This document shows, piece by piece, positions 40,681 through 54,277 of a stretch of DNA of 64,000 bases. A program made the translations under genes and the position numbers. Under the pieces are notes generated by a model that made no database searches, had not been told where the DNA came from, and saw only the letters and a list, made by a program, of their open reading frames with translations. The stretch lies in assembly GCF_009914755.1 (NCBI RefSeq), contig NC_060925.1; one strand, written 5' to 3'. Origin of the DNA: the human T2T-CHM13v2.0 reference genome, Homo sapiens. Each line of letters begins with the position of its first letter. Position 1 is the stretch's first letter.

Positions 40681-43600
40681 GAATTCCCAGTAACTTCCTT
40701 GTGTTGTGTGCATTCAACTCACAGAGTTGAACGTTCCCTTAGACAGAGCAGATTTGAAACACTCTATTTGTGCAATTTGCAAGTGTAGATTTCAAGCGCT
40801 TTAAGGTCAACGGCAGAAAAGGAAATATCTTCGTTTCAAAACTAGACAGAATCATTCCCACAAACTGCGTTGTGATGTGTTCGTTCAACTCACAGAGTTT
40901 AACCTTTCTGTTCATAGAGCAATTAGGAAACACTCTGTTTGTAAAGTCTGTAAGTGGATATTCTGACATCTTGTGGCCTTCGTTGGAAACGGGATTTCTT
41001 CATATTCTGCTAGACAGAAGAATTCTCAGTAACTTCCTTGTGTTGTGTGTATTCAACTCACAGAGTTGAACGATCCTTTACACAGAGCAGACTTGAAACA
41101 CTCTTTTTGTGGAATTTGCAAGTGGAGATTTCAGCCGCTTTGAGGTCAATGGTAGAATAGGAAATATCTTCTTATAGAAACTAGACAGAATGATTCTCAT
41201 AAACTCCTTTGTGATGTGTGCGTTCAACTCACAGAGTTTAACCTTTCTTTTCATAGAGCAGTTAGGAAACACTCTGTTTGTAAAGTCTGCAAGTGGATAT
41301 TCAGACCTCCTTGAGGCCTTCGTTGGAAACGGGATTTCTTCATATTCTGCTAGACAGAAGAATTCTCAGTAACTTCCTTGTGTTGTGTTTATTCAACTCA
41401 CAGAGTTGAATGATCCTTTACACAGAGCAGACTTGAAACACTCTTTTTGTGGAATTTGCAAGTGGAGATTTCAGCCGCTTTGAAGTCAATGGTAGAAAAG
41501 TAAATATCTTCGTATAAAGACTAGACAGAATGATTCTCAGAAACTCCTTTGTGATGTGTGCGTTCAACTCACAGAGTTTAACCTTTCTGTTCATAGAGCA
41601 GTTAGGAAACACTCTGTTTGTAAAGTCTGTAAGTGGATATTCAGACCTCCTTGAGGCCTTCGTTGGAAACGGGATTTCTTCATATTCTGCTAGACAGAAG
41701 AATTCTCAGTAACTTCCTTGTGTTGTGTGTATTCAACTCACAGAGTTGAACGATCCTTTACACAGAGCAGACTTGAAACACTCTTTTTGTGGAATTTGCA
41801 AGTGGAGATTTCAGCCGCTTTGAGGTCAATGGTAGAAAAGGAAATATCTTCGTATAAAGACTAGACAGAATGATTCTCATAAACTCCTTTGTGATGTGTG
41901 CGTTCAACTCACAGAGTTTAACTTTTCTTTTCATAGAGCAGTTAGGAAACACTCTGTTTGTAAAGTCTGCAAGTGGATATTCAGACCTCTTTGAGGCCTT
42001 CGTTGGAAACGGGATTTCTTCATATTATGCTAGACAGAATAATTCTCAGTAACTTCCTTGTTTTGTGTGTATTCAACTCACAGAGTTGAACGATCCTTTA
42101 CACAGAGCAGACTTGAAACATTCTTTTTCTGGAATTTGCAAGTGGAGATTTCAGCCGCTTTGAGGTCAATGGTAGAATAGGAAATATCTTCCTATAGAAA
42201 CTAGACAGAACGATTCTCAGAAACTCCTTTGTGATGTGTGCGTTCAACTCACAGAGTTTAACCTTTCTTTTCATAGAGCAGTTAGGAAACACTCTGTTTG
42301 TAAAGTCTGCAAGTCGATATTCAGACCTCTTTGAGGTCTTCTTTGGAAACGGGATTTCTTCCTATTCTGCTAGACAGAAGAATTCCCAGTAACTTCCTTG
42401 TGTTGTGTGCATTCAAGTCACAGAGTTGAACGTTCCCTTAGACAGAGCAGATTTGAAACACTCTATTTGTGCAATCTCCAAGTGTAGATTTCAAGCGCTT
42501 TAAGGTCAACGGCAGAAAAGGAAATATCTTCGTTTCAAAACTAGACAGAATCATTCCCACAAACTGCGTTGTGATGTGTACGTTCAACTCACAGAGTTTA
42601 ACCTTTCTGTTCATAGAGCAGTTAGGAAACACTCTGTTTGTAAAGTCTGTAAGTGGATATTCTGACATCTTGTGGCCTTCGTTGGAAACGGGATTTCTTC
42701 ATATTCTGCTAGACAGAAGAATTCTCAGTAACTTCCTTGTGTTGTGTGTATTCAACTCACAGAGTTGAACGATCCTTTACACAGAGCAGACTTGAAACAC
42801 TCTTTTTGTGGAATTTGCAAGTGGAGATTTCAGCCGCTTTGAGGTCAATGGTAGAAAAGGAAACTATCTTCATATAAAGACTAGACAGAATGATTCTCAG
42901 AAAATCTTTTGTGATGTGTGCGTTCAACTCACAGAGTTTAACTTTTCTTCTCATAGAGCAGTTAGGAAACACTCTGTTTGTAAAGTCTGCAAGTGGATAT
43001 TCAGACCTCTTTGAGGCCTTCGTTGGAAACGGGATTTCTTCATATTATGCTAGACAGAATAATTCTCAGTAACTTCCTTGTGTTGTGTGTATTCAACTCA
43101 CAGAGTTGAAGGATCCTTTACAGAGAGCAGGCTTGAAACACTCTTTTTGTCGAATTTGCAAGTGGAGATTTCAGCCGCTTTGAGGTCAATGGTAGAATAG
43201 GAAATATCTTCTTATAGAAACTAGACAGAATGATTCTCATAAACTCCTTTGTGATGTGTGCGTTCAACTCACAGAGTTTAACCTTTCTTTTCATAGAGCA
43301 GTTAGGAAACACTCTGTTTGTAAAGTCTGCAAGTGGATATTCAGACCTCCTTGAGGCCTTCGTTGGAAACGGGATTTCTTCATATTCTGCTAGACAGAAG
43401 AATTCTCAGTAACTTCCTTGTGTTGTGTTTATTCAACTCACAGAGTTGAACGATCCTTTACACAGAGCAGACTTGAAACACTCTTTTTGTGGAATTTGCA
43501 AGTGGAGATTTCAGCCGCTTTGAGGTCAATAGTAGAAAAGGAAATATCTTCGTAGAAAAACTAGACAGAATGATTCTCAGAAACTCCTTTGTGATGTGTG

Positions 43601-45439
43601 TGTTCAACTCACAGAGTTTAACCTTTCTTTTCATAGAGCAGTTAGTAAACACTCTGTTTATAAAGTCTGCAAGTGGATATTCAGAACCCTTTGAGGCCTT
43701 CGTTGGAAACGGGATTTCTTCATATTACGCTAGACAGAAGAATTCTCAGTAACTTCCTTGTGTTGTGTGTATTCAACTGACAGAGTTGAACTTTCATTTA
43801 GAGAGAGCAGATTTGAAACACTGTTTTTGTGGAATTTGCAAGTGGAGATTTCAAGCGCTTTGGGGCCAAAGGCAGAAAAGGAAATATCTTCGTATAAAAA
43901 CTAGACAGAATCATTCTCAGAAACTGCTGCGTGATGTGTGCGTTCAACTCTCAGAGTTTAACTTTTCTTTTCATTCAGCGGTTTGGAAACACTCTGTTTG
44001 TAAAGACTGCACGTGGATATTTTGACCACTTAGAGGCCTTCGTTGGAAACGGGTTTTCTTCATGTAAGGCTAGACAGAAGAACTCCCAGTAACTTCCTTG
44101 TGTTGTGTGCATTCAACTCACAGAGTTGAACGTTCCCTTAGACAGAGCAGATTTGAAACACTCTATTTGTGCAATTTGCAAGTGTAGATTTCAAGCGCTT
44201 TAAGGTCAATGGCAGAAAAGGAAATTTCTTCGTTTCAAAACTAGACAGAATCATTCCCACAAACTGCGTTGTGATGTGTTCGTTCAACTCACAGAGTTTA
44301 ACCTTTCTGTTCATAGAGCAGTTAGGAAACACTCTGTTTGTAAAGTCTGCAAGTGGATATTCAGACCTCCTTGAGGCCTTCGTTGGAAACGGGATTTCTT
44401 CATATTCTGCTAGACAGAAGAATTCTCAGTAACTTCCTTGTGTTGTGTGTATTCAACTCACAGAGTTGAACGATCCTTCACACAGAGCAGACTTGAAACA
44501 CTCTTTTTGTGGAATTTGCAAGTGGAGATTTCAGCCGCTTTGAGGTCAATGGTAGAAAAGGAAATATCTTCGTATAAAGACTAGACAGAATGATTCTCAG
44601 AAACTCCTTTGTGATGTGTGCGTTCAACTCACAGAGTTTAACCTTTCTGTTCATAGAGCAGTTAGGAAACACTCTGTTTGTAAAGTCTGCAAGTGGATAT
44701 TCAGACCTCTTTGAGGCCTTCGTTGGAAACGGGATTTCTTCATATTCTGCTAGACAGAATAATTCTTAGTAACTTCCTTGTGTTGTGTGTATTCAACTCA
44801 CAGAGTTGAACGATCCTTTACACAGAGCAGACTTGAAACATTCTTTTTGTGGAATTTGCAAGTGGAGATTTCAGCCGCTTTGAGGTCAATGGTAGAATAG
44901 GAAATATCTTCCTATAGAAACTAGACAGAACGATTCTCAGAAACTCCTTTGTGATGTGTGCGTTCAACTCACAGAGTTTAACCTTTCTTTTCATAGAGCA
45001 GTTAGGAAACACTCTGTTTGTAAAGTCTGCAAGTGGATATTCAGACCTCTTTGAGGACTTCGTTGGAAACGGGATTTCTCCCTATTCTGCTAGACAGAAG
45101 AATTCTCAGTAACTTCCTTGTGTTGTGTGTATTCAACTCACAGAGTTGAACGATCCTTTACACAGAGCAGACTTGAAACACTCTTTTTGTGGAATTTGCA
45201 AGTGGAGATTTCAGCCGCTTTGAGGTCAATAGTAGAAAAGGAAATATCTTCGTAGAAAAACTAGACAGAATGATTCTCAGAAACTCCTTTGTGATGTGTG
45301 TGTTCAACTCACAGAGTTTAACCTTTCTTTTCATAGAGCAGTTAGTAAACACTCTGTTTATAAAGTCTGCAAGTGGATATTCAGACCCCTTTGAGGCCTT
45401 CGTTGGAAACGGGATTTCTTCATATTATGCTAGACAGAA

Positions 45440-46458
45440 GAATTCTCAGTAACTTCCTTGTGTTGTGTGTATTCAACTGACAGAGTTGAACTTTCATTTA
45501 GAGAGAGCAGATTTGAAACACTGTTTTTGTGGAATTTGCAAGTGGAGATTTCAAGCGCTTTGGGGCCAAAGGCAGAAAAGGAAATAACTTCGTATAAAAA
45601 CTAGACAGAATCATTCTCAGAAACTGCTGCGTGATGTGTGCGTTCAACTCTCAGAGTTTAACTTTTCTTTTCATTCAGCGGTTTGGAAACACTCTGTTTG
45701 TAAAGTCTGCACGTGGATATTTTGACCACTTAGAGGCCTTCGTTGGAAACGGGTTTTTTTCATGTAAGGCTAGACAGAAGAATTCCCAGTAACTTCCTTG
45801 TGTTGTGTGCATTCAACTCACAGAGTTGAACGTTCCCTTAGACAGAGCAGATTTGAAACACTCTATTTGTGCAATTTGCAAGTGTAGATTTCAAGCGCTT
45901 TAAGGTCAACGGCAGAAAAGGAAATATCTTCGTTTCAAAACTAGACAGAATCATTCCCACAAACTGCGTTGTGATGTGTTCGTTCAACTCACAGAGTTTA
46001 ACCTTTCTGTTCATAGAGCAGTTAGGAAACACTCTGTTTGTAAAGTCTGTAAGTGGATATTCTGACATCTTGTGGCCTTCGTTGGAAACGGGATTTCTTC
46101 ATATTCTGCTAGACAGAAGAATTCTCAGTAACTTCCTTGTGTTGTGTGCATTCAACTCACAGAGTTGAACGATCCTTTACACAGAGCAGACTTGAAACAC
46201 TCTTTTTGTGGAATTTGCAAGTGGAGATTTCAGCCGCTTTGAGGTCAATGGTAGAAAAGTAAATATCTTCGTATAAAGACTAGACAGAATGATTCTCAGA
46301 AACTCCTTTGTGATGTGTGTGTTCAACTCACAGAGTTTAACCTTTCTTTTCATAGAGCAGTTAGTAAACACTCTGTTTATAAAGTCTGCAAGTGGATATT
46401 CAGACCCCTTTGAGGCCTTCGTTGGAAACGGGATTTCTTCATATTATGCTAGACAGAA
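45440..46458 (+). repeat. Single 6-mer HOR (D-E-T/S hybrid, 1019 bp)
   Basis: This is the shortest D-to-D interval in the window. It matches the ~1.02-kb 6-mer described as the canonical chr1/5/19 HOR. Confidence 0.8.
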
Positions 46459-48158
46459 GAATTCTCAGTAACTTCCTTGTGTTGTGTGTATTCAACTGAC
46501 AGAGTTGAACTTTCATTTAGAGAGAGTAGTTTTGAAACACTGTTTTTGTGGAATTTGCAAGTGGAGATTTCAAGCGCTTTGGGGCCAAAGGCAGAAAAGG
46601 AAATGTCTTTGTATAAAAACTAGACAGAATCATTCTCAGAAACTGCTGCGTGATGTGTGCGTTCAACTCTCAGAGTTTAACTTTTCTTTTCATTCAGCGG
46701 TTTGGAAACACTCTGTTTGTAAAGTCTGCACGTGGAAATTTTGACCACTTAGAGGCCTTCGTTGGAAACGGGTTTTTTTCATGTAAGGCTAGACAGAAGA
46801 ATTCCCAGTAACTTCCTTGTGTTGTGTGCATTCAACTCACAGAGTTGAACGTTCCCTTAGACAGAGCAGATTTGAAACACTCTATTTGTGCAATTTGCAA
46901 GTGTAGTTTTCAAGCTCTTTATGGTCAACGGCAGAAAAGGAAATATCTTCGTTTCAAAACTAGACAGAATCATTCCCACAAACTGCGTTGTGATGTGTTC
47001 GTTCAACTCACAGAGTTTAACCTTTCTGTTCATAGAGCAGTTAGGAAACACTCTGTTTGTAAAGTCTGTATGTGGATATTCTGACATCTTGTGGCCTTCG
47101 TTGGAAACGGGATTTCTTCATATTCTGCTAGACAGAAGAATTCTCAGTAACTTCCTTGTGTTGTGTGTATTCAACTCACAGAGTTGAACGATCCTTTACA
47201 CAGAGCAGACTTGAAACACTCTTTTTGTGGAATTTGCAAGTGGAGATTTCAGCCGCTTTGAGGTCAATGGTAGAAAAGGAAACTATCTTCATATAAAGAC
47301 TAGACAGAATGATTCTCAGAAAATCTTTTGTGATGTGTGCGTTCAACTCACAGAGTTTAACTTTTCTTCTCATAGAGCAGTTAGGAAACACTCTGTTTGT
47401 AAAGTCTGCAAGTGGATATTCAGACCTCTTTGAGGCCTTCGTTGGAAACGGGATTTCTTCATATTCTGCTAGACAGAAGAATTCTCAGTAACTTCCTTGT
47501 GTTGTGTGTATTCAACTCACAGAGTTGAAGGATCCTTTACAGAGAGCAGGCTTGAAACACTCTTTTTGTCGAATTTGCAAGTGGAGATTTCAGCCGCTTT
47601 GAGGTCAATGGTAGAATAGGAAATATCTTCTTATAGAAACTAGACAGAATGATTCTCATAAACTCCTTTGTGATGTGTGCGTTCAACTCACAGAGTTTAA
47701 CCTTTCTTTTCATAGAGCAGTTAGGAAACACTCTGTTTGTAAAGTCTGCAAGTGGATATTCAGACCTCCTTGAGGCCTTCGTTGGAAACGGGATTTCTTC
47801 ATATTCTGCTAGACAGAAGAATTCTCAGTAACTTCCTTGTGTTGTGTTTATTCAACTCACAGAGTTGAATGATCCTTTACACAGAGCAGACTTGAAACAC
47901 TCTTTTTGTGGAATTTGCAAGTGGAGATTTCAGCCGCTTTGAGGTCAATGGTAGAAAAGTAAATATCTTCGTATAAAGACTAGACAGAATGATTCTCAGA
48001 AACTCCTTTGTGATGTGTGCGTTCAACTCACAGAGTTTAACCTTTCTGTTCATAGAGCAGTTAGGAAACACTCTGTTTGTAAAGTCTGCAAGTGGATATT
48101 CAGACCTCCTTGAGGCCTTCGTTGGAAACGGGATTTCTTCATATTCTGCTAGACAGAA

Positions 48159-51100
48159 GAATTCTCAGTAACTTCCTTGTGTTGTGTGTATTCAACTCAC
48201 AGAGTTGAACGATCCTTTACACAGAGCAGACTTGAAACACTCTTTTTGTGGAATTTGCAAGAGGAGATTTCAGCCGCTTTGAGGTCAATAGTAGAAAAGG
48301 AAACATCTTCGTAGAAAAACTAGACAGAATGATTCTCAGAAACTCCTTTGTGATGTGTGTGTTCAACTCACAGAGTTTAACCTTTCTTTTCATAGAGCAG
48401 TTAGTAAACACTCTGTTTATAAAGTCTGCAAGTGGATATTCAGACCCCTTTGAGGCCTTCGTTGGAAACGGGATTTCTTCATATTATGCTAGACAGAAGA
48501 ATTCTCAGTAACTTCCTTGTGTTGTGTGTATTCAACTGACAGAGTTGAACTTTCATTTGGAGAGAGCAGATTTGAAACACTGTTTTTGTGGAATTTGCAA
48601 GTGGAGATTTCAAGCGCTTTGGGGCCAAAGGCAGAAAAGGAAATATCTTCGTATAAAAACTAGACAGAATCATTCTCAGAAACTGCTGCGTGATGTGTGC
48701 GTTCAACTCTCAGAGTTTAACCTTTCTTTTCATTCAGCGGTTTGGAAACACTCTGTTTGTAAAGTCTGCACGTGGATATTTTGACCACTTAGAGGCCTTC
48801 GTTGGAAACGGGTTTTTTTCATGTAAGGCTAGACAGAAGAATTCCCAGTAACTTCCTTGTGTTGTGTGCATTCAACTCACAGAGTTGAACGTTCCCTTAG
48901 ACAGAGCAGATTTGAAACACTCTATTTGTGCAATTTGCAAGTGTAGTTTTCAAGCTCTTTAAGGTCAACGGCAGAAAAGGAAATATCTTCGTTTCAAAAC
49001 TAGACAGAATCATTCCCACAAACTGCGTTGTGATGTGTTCGTTCAACTCACAGAGTTTAACCTTTCTGTTCATAGAGCAGTTAGGAAACACTCTGTTTGT
49101 AAAGTCTGTAAGTGGATATTCTGACATCTTGTGGCCTTCGTTGGAAACGGGATTTCTTCATATTCTGCTAGACAGAAGAATTCTCAGTAACTTCCTTGTG
49201 TTGTGTGTATTCAACTCACAGAGTTGAACGATCCTTTACACAGAGCAGACTTGAAACACTCTTTTTGTGGAATTTGCAAGTGGAGATTTCAGCCGCTTTG
49301 AGGTCAATGGTAGAAAAGGAAACTATCTTCATATAAAGACTAGACAGAATGATTCTCAGAAAATCTTTTGTGATGTGTGCGTTCAACTCACAGAGTTTAA
49401 CTTTTCTTCTCATAGAGCAGTTAGGAAACACTCTGTTTGTAAAGTCTGCAAGTGGATATTCAGACCTCTTTGAGGCCTTCGTTGGAAACGGGATTTCTTC
49501 ATATTCTGCTAGACAGAAGAATTCTCAGTAACTTCCTTGTGTTGTGTGTATTCAACTCACAGAGTTGAAGGATCCTTTACAGAGAGCAGGCTTGAAACAC
49601 TCTTTTTGTCGAATTTGCAAGTGGAGATTTCAGCCGCTTTGAGGTCAATGGTAGAATAGGAAATATCTTCTTATAGAAACTAGACAGAATGATTCTCATA
49701 AACTCCTTTGTGATGTGTGCGTTCAACTCACAGAGTTTAACCTTTCTTTTCATAGAGCAGTTAGGAAACACTCTGTTTGTAAAGTCTGCAAGTGGATATT
49801 CAGACCTCCTTGAGGCCTTCGTTGGAAACGGGATTTCTTCATATTCTGCTAGACAGAAGAATTCTCAGTAACTTCCTTGTGTTGTGTTTATTCAACTCAC
49901 AGAGTTGAATGATCCTTTACACAGAGCAGACTTGAAACACTCTTTTTGTGGAATTTGCAAGTGGAGATTTCAGCCGCTTTGAGGTCAATGGTAGAAAAGT
50001 AAATATCTTCGTATAAAGACTAGACAGAATGATTCTCAGAAACTCCTTTGTGATGTGTGCGTTCAACTCACAGAGTTTAACCTTTCTGTTCATAGAGCAG
50101 TTAGGAAACACTCTGTTTGTAAAGTCTGCAAGTGGATATTCAGACCTCCTTGAGGCCTTCGTTGGAAACGGGATTTCTTCATATTCTGCTAGACAGAAGA
50201 ATTCTCAGTAACTTCCTTGTGTTGTGTGTATTCAACTCACAGAGTTGAACGATCCTTTACACAGAGCAGACTTGAAACACTCTTTTTGTGGAATTTGCAA
50301 GAGGAGATTTCAGCCGCTTTGAGGTCAATAGTAGAAAAGGAAACATCTTCGTAGAAAAACTAGACAGAATGATTCTCAGAAACTCCTTTGTGATGTGTGT
50401 GTTCAACTCACAGAGTTTAACCTTTCTTTTCATAGAGCAGTTAGTAAACACTCTGTTTATAAAGTCTGCAAGTGGATATTCAGACCCCTTTGAGGCCTTC
50501 GTTGGAAACGGGATTTCTTCATATTATGCTAGACAGAAGAATTCTCAGTAACTTCCTTGTGTTGTGTGTATTCAACTGACAGAGTTGAACTTTCATTTGG
50601 AGAGAGCAGATTTGAAACACTGTTTTTGTGGAATTTGCAAGTGGAGATTTCAAGCGCTTTGGGGCCAAAGGCAGAAAAGGAAATATCTTCGTATAAAAAC
50701 TAGACAGAATCATTCTCAGAAACTGCTGCGTGATGTGTGCGTTCAACTCTCAGAGTTTAACCTTTCTTTTCATTCAGCGGTTTGGAAACACTCTGTTTGT
50801 AAAGTCTGCACGTGGATATTTTGACCACTTAGAGGCCTTCGTTGGAAACGGGTTTTTTTCATGTAAGGCTAGACAGAAGAATTCCCAGTAACTTCCTTGT
50901 GTTGTGTGCATTCAACTCACAGAGTTGAACGTTCCCTTAGACAGAGCAGATTTGAAACACTCTATTTGTGCAATTTGCAAGTGTAGTTTTCAAGCTCTTT
51001 AAGGTCAACGGCAGAAAAGGAAATATCTTCGTTTCAAAACTAGACAGAATCATTCCCACAAACTGCGTTGTGATGTGTTCGTTCAACTCACAGAGTTTAA

Positions 51101-54100
51101 CCTTTCTGTTCATAGAGCAGTTAGGAAACACTCTGTTTGTAAAGTCTGTAAGTGGATATTCTGACATCTTGTGGCCTTCGTTGGAAACGGGATTTCTTCA
51201 TATTCTGCTAGACAGAAGAATTCTCAGTAACTTCCTTGTGTTGTGTGTATTCAACTCACAGAGTTGAACGATCCTTTACACAGAGCAGACTTGAAACACT
51301 CTTTTTGTGGAATTTGCAAGTGGAGATTTCAGCCGCTTTGAGGTCAATGGTAGAAAAGGAAACTATCTTCATATAAAGACTAGACAGAATGATTCTCAGA
51401 AAATCTTTTGTGATGTGTGCGTTCAACTCACAGAGTTTAACTTTTCTTCTCATAGAGCAGTTAGGAAACACTCTGTTTGTAAAGTCTGCAAGTGGATATT
51501 CAGACCTCTTTGAGGCCTTCGTTGGAAACGGGATTTCTTCATATTCTGCTAGACAGAAGAATTCTCAGTAACTTCCTTGTGTTGTGTGTATTCAACTCAC
51601 AGAGTTGAAGGATCCTTTACAGAGAGCAGGCTTGAAACACTCTTTTTGTCGAATTTGCAAGTGGAGATTTCAGCCGCTTTGAGGTCAATGGTAGAATAGG
51701 AAATATCTTCTTATAGAAACTAGACAGAATGATTCTCATAAACTCCTTTGGATGTGTGCGTTCAACTCACAGAGTTTAACCTTTCTTTTCATAGAGCAGT
51801 TAGGAAACACTCTGTTTGAAAAGTCTGCAAGTGGATATTCAGACCTCCTTGAGGCCTTCGTTGGAAACGGGATTTCTTCATATTCTGCTAGACAGAAGAA
51901 TTCTCAGTAACTTCCTTGTGTTGTGTTTATTCAACTCACAGAGTTGAATGATCCTTTACACAGAGCAGACTTGAAACACTCTTTTTGTGGAATTTGCAAG
52001 TGGAGATTATAGCCGCTTTGAGGTCAATGGTAGAAAAGTAAATATCTTCGTATAAAGACTAGACAGAATGATTCTCAGAAACTCCTTTGTGATGTGTGCG
52101 TTCAACTCACAGAGTTTAACCTTTCTGTTCATAGAGCAGTTAGGAAACACTCTGTTTGTAAAGTCTGCAAGTGGATATTCAGACCTCCTTGAGGCCTTCG
52201 TTGGAAACGGGATTTCTTCCTATTCTGCTAGACAGAAGAATTCTCAGTAACTTCCTTGTGTTGTGTGTATTCAACTCACAGAGTTGAACGATCCTTTACA
52301 CAGAGCAGACTTGAAACACTCTTTTTGTGGAATTTGCAAGAGGAGATTTCAGCCGCTTTGAGGTCAATAGTAGAAAAGGAAATATCTTCGTAGAAAAACT
52401 AGACAGAATGATTCTCAGAAACTCCTTTGTGATGTGTGTGTTCAACTCACAGAGTTTAACCTTTCTTTTCATAGAGCAGTTAGTAAACACTCTGTTTATA
52501 AAGTCTGCAAGTGGATATTCAGACCCCTTTGAGGCCTTCGTTGGAAACGGGATTTCTTCATATTATGCTAGACAGAAGAATTCTCAGTAACTTCCTTGTG
52601 TTGTGTGTATTCAACTGACAGAGTTGAACTTTCATTTAGAGAGAGCAGATTTGAAACACTGTTTTTGTGGAATTTGCAAGTGGAGATTTCAAGTGCTTTG
52701 AGGCCAAAGGCAGAAAAGGAAATATCTTCGTATAAAAACTAGACAGAATCATTCTCAGAAACTGCTGCGTGATGTGTGCGTTCAACTCTCAGAGTTTAAC
52801 TTTTCTTTTCATTCAGCGGTTTGGAAACACTCTGTTTGTAAAGTCTGCACGTGGATATTTTGACCACTTAGAGGCCTTCGTTGGAAACGGGTTTTTTTCA
52901 TGTAAGGCTAGACAGAAGAATTCCCAGTAACTTCCTTGTGTTGTGTGCATTCAACTCACAGAGTTGAACGTTCCCTTAGACAGAGCAGATTTGAAACACT
53001 CTATTTGTGCAATTTCCAAGTGTAGATTTCAAGCGCTTTAAGGTCAACGGCAGAAAAGGAAATATCTTCGTTTCAAAACTAGACAGAATCATTCCCACAA
53101 ACTGCGTTGTGATGTGTTCGTTCAACTCACAGAGTTTAACCTTTCTGTTCATAGAGCAGTTAGGAAACACTCTGTTTGTAAAGTCTGTAAGTGGATATTC
53201 TGACATCTTGTGGCCTTCGTTGGAAACGGGATTTCTTCATATTCTGCTAGACAGAAGAATTCTCAGTAACTTCCTTGTGTTGTGTGTATTCAACTCACAG
53301 AGTTGAACGATCCTTTACACAGAGCAGACTTGAAACACTCTTTTTGTGGAATTTGCAAGTGGAGATTTCAGCCGCTTTGAGGTCAATGGTAGAAAAGGAA
53401 ACTATCTTCATATAAAGACTAGACAGAATGATTCTCAGAAAATCTTTTGTGATGTGTGCGTTCAACTCACAGAGTTTAACTTTTCTTCTCATAGAGCAGT
53501 TAGGAAACACTCTGTTTGTAAAGTCTGCAAGTGGATATTCAGACCTCTTTGAGGCCTTCGTTGGAAACGGGATTTCTTCATATTATGCTAGACAGAATAA
53601 TTCTCAGTAACTTCCTTGTGTTGTGTGTATTCAACTCACAGAGTTGAAGGATCCTTTACAGAGAGCAGGCTTGAAACACTCTTTTTGTCGAATTTGCAAG
53701 TGGAGATTTCAGCCGCTTTGAGGTCAATGGTAGAATAGGAAATATCTTCTTATAGAAACTAGACAGAATGATTCTCATGAACTCCTTTGTGATGTGTGCG
53801 TTCAACTCACAGAGTTTAACCTTTCTTTTCATAGAGCAGTTAGGAAACACTCTGTTTGTAAAGTCTGCAAGTGGATATTCAGACCTCCTTGAGGCCTTCG
53901 TTGGAAACGGGATTTCATCATATTCTGCTAGACAGAAGAATTCTCAGTAACTTCCTTGTGTTGTGTTTATTCAACTCACAGAGTTGAATGATCCTTTACA
54001 CAGAGCAGACTTGAAACACTCTTTTTGTGGAATTTGCAAGTGGAGATTTCAGCCGCTTTGAGGTCAATGGTAGAAAAGTAAATATCTTCGTATAAAGACT

Positions 54101-54277
54101 AGACAGAATGATTCTCAGAAACTCCTTTGTGATGTGTGCGTTCAACTCACAGAGTTTAACCTTTCTGTTCATAGAGCAGTTAGGAAACACTCTGTTTGTA
54201 AAGTCTGCAAGTGGATATTCAGACCTCCTTGAGGCCTTCGTTGGAAACGGGATTTCTTCATATTCTGCTAGACAGAA
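48159..54277 (+). repeat. Three tandem copies of the core 12-mer HOR (preceded by a partial D-E-M-K-T from 46459)
   Basis: S-dimer marker ORFs at 48217, 50257 and 52296. Confidence 0.92.
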
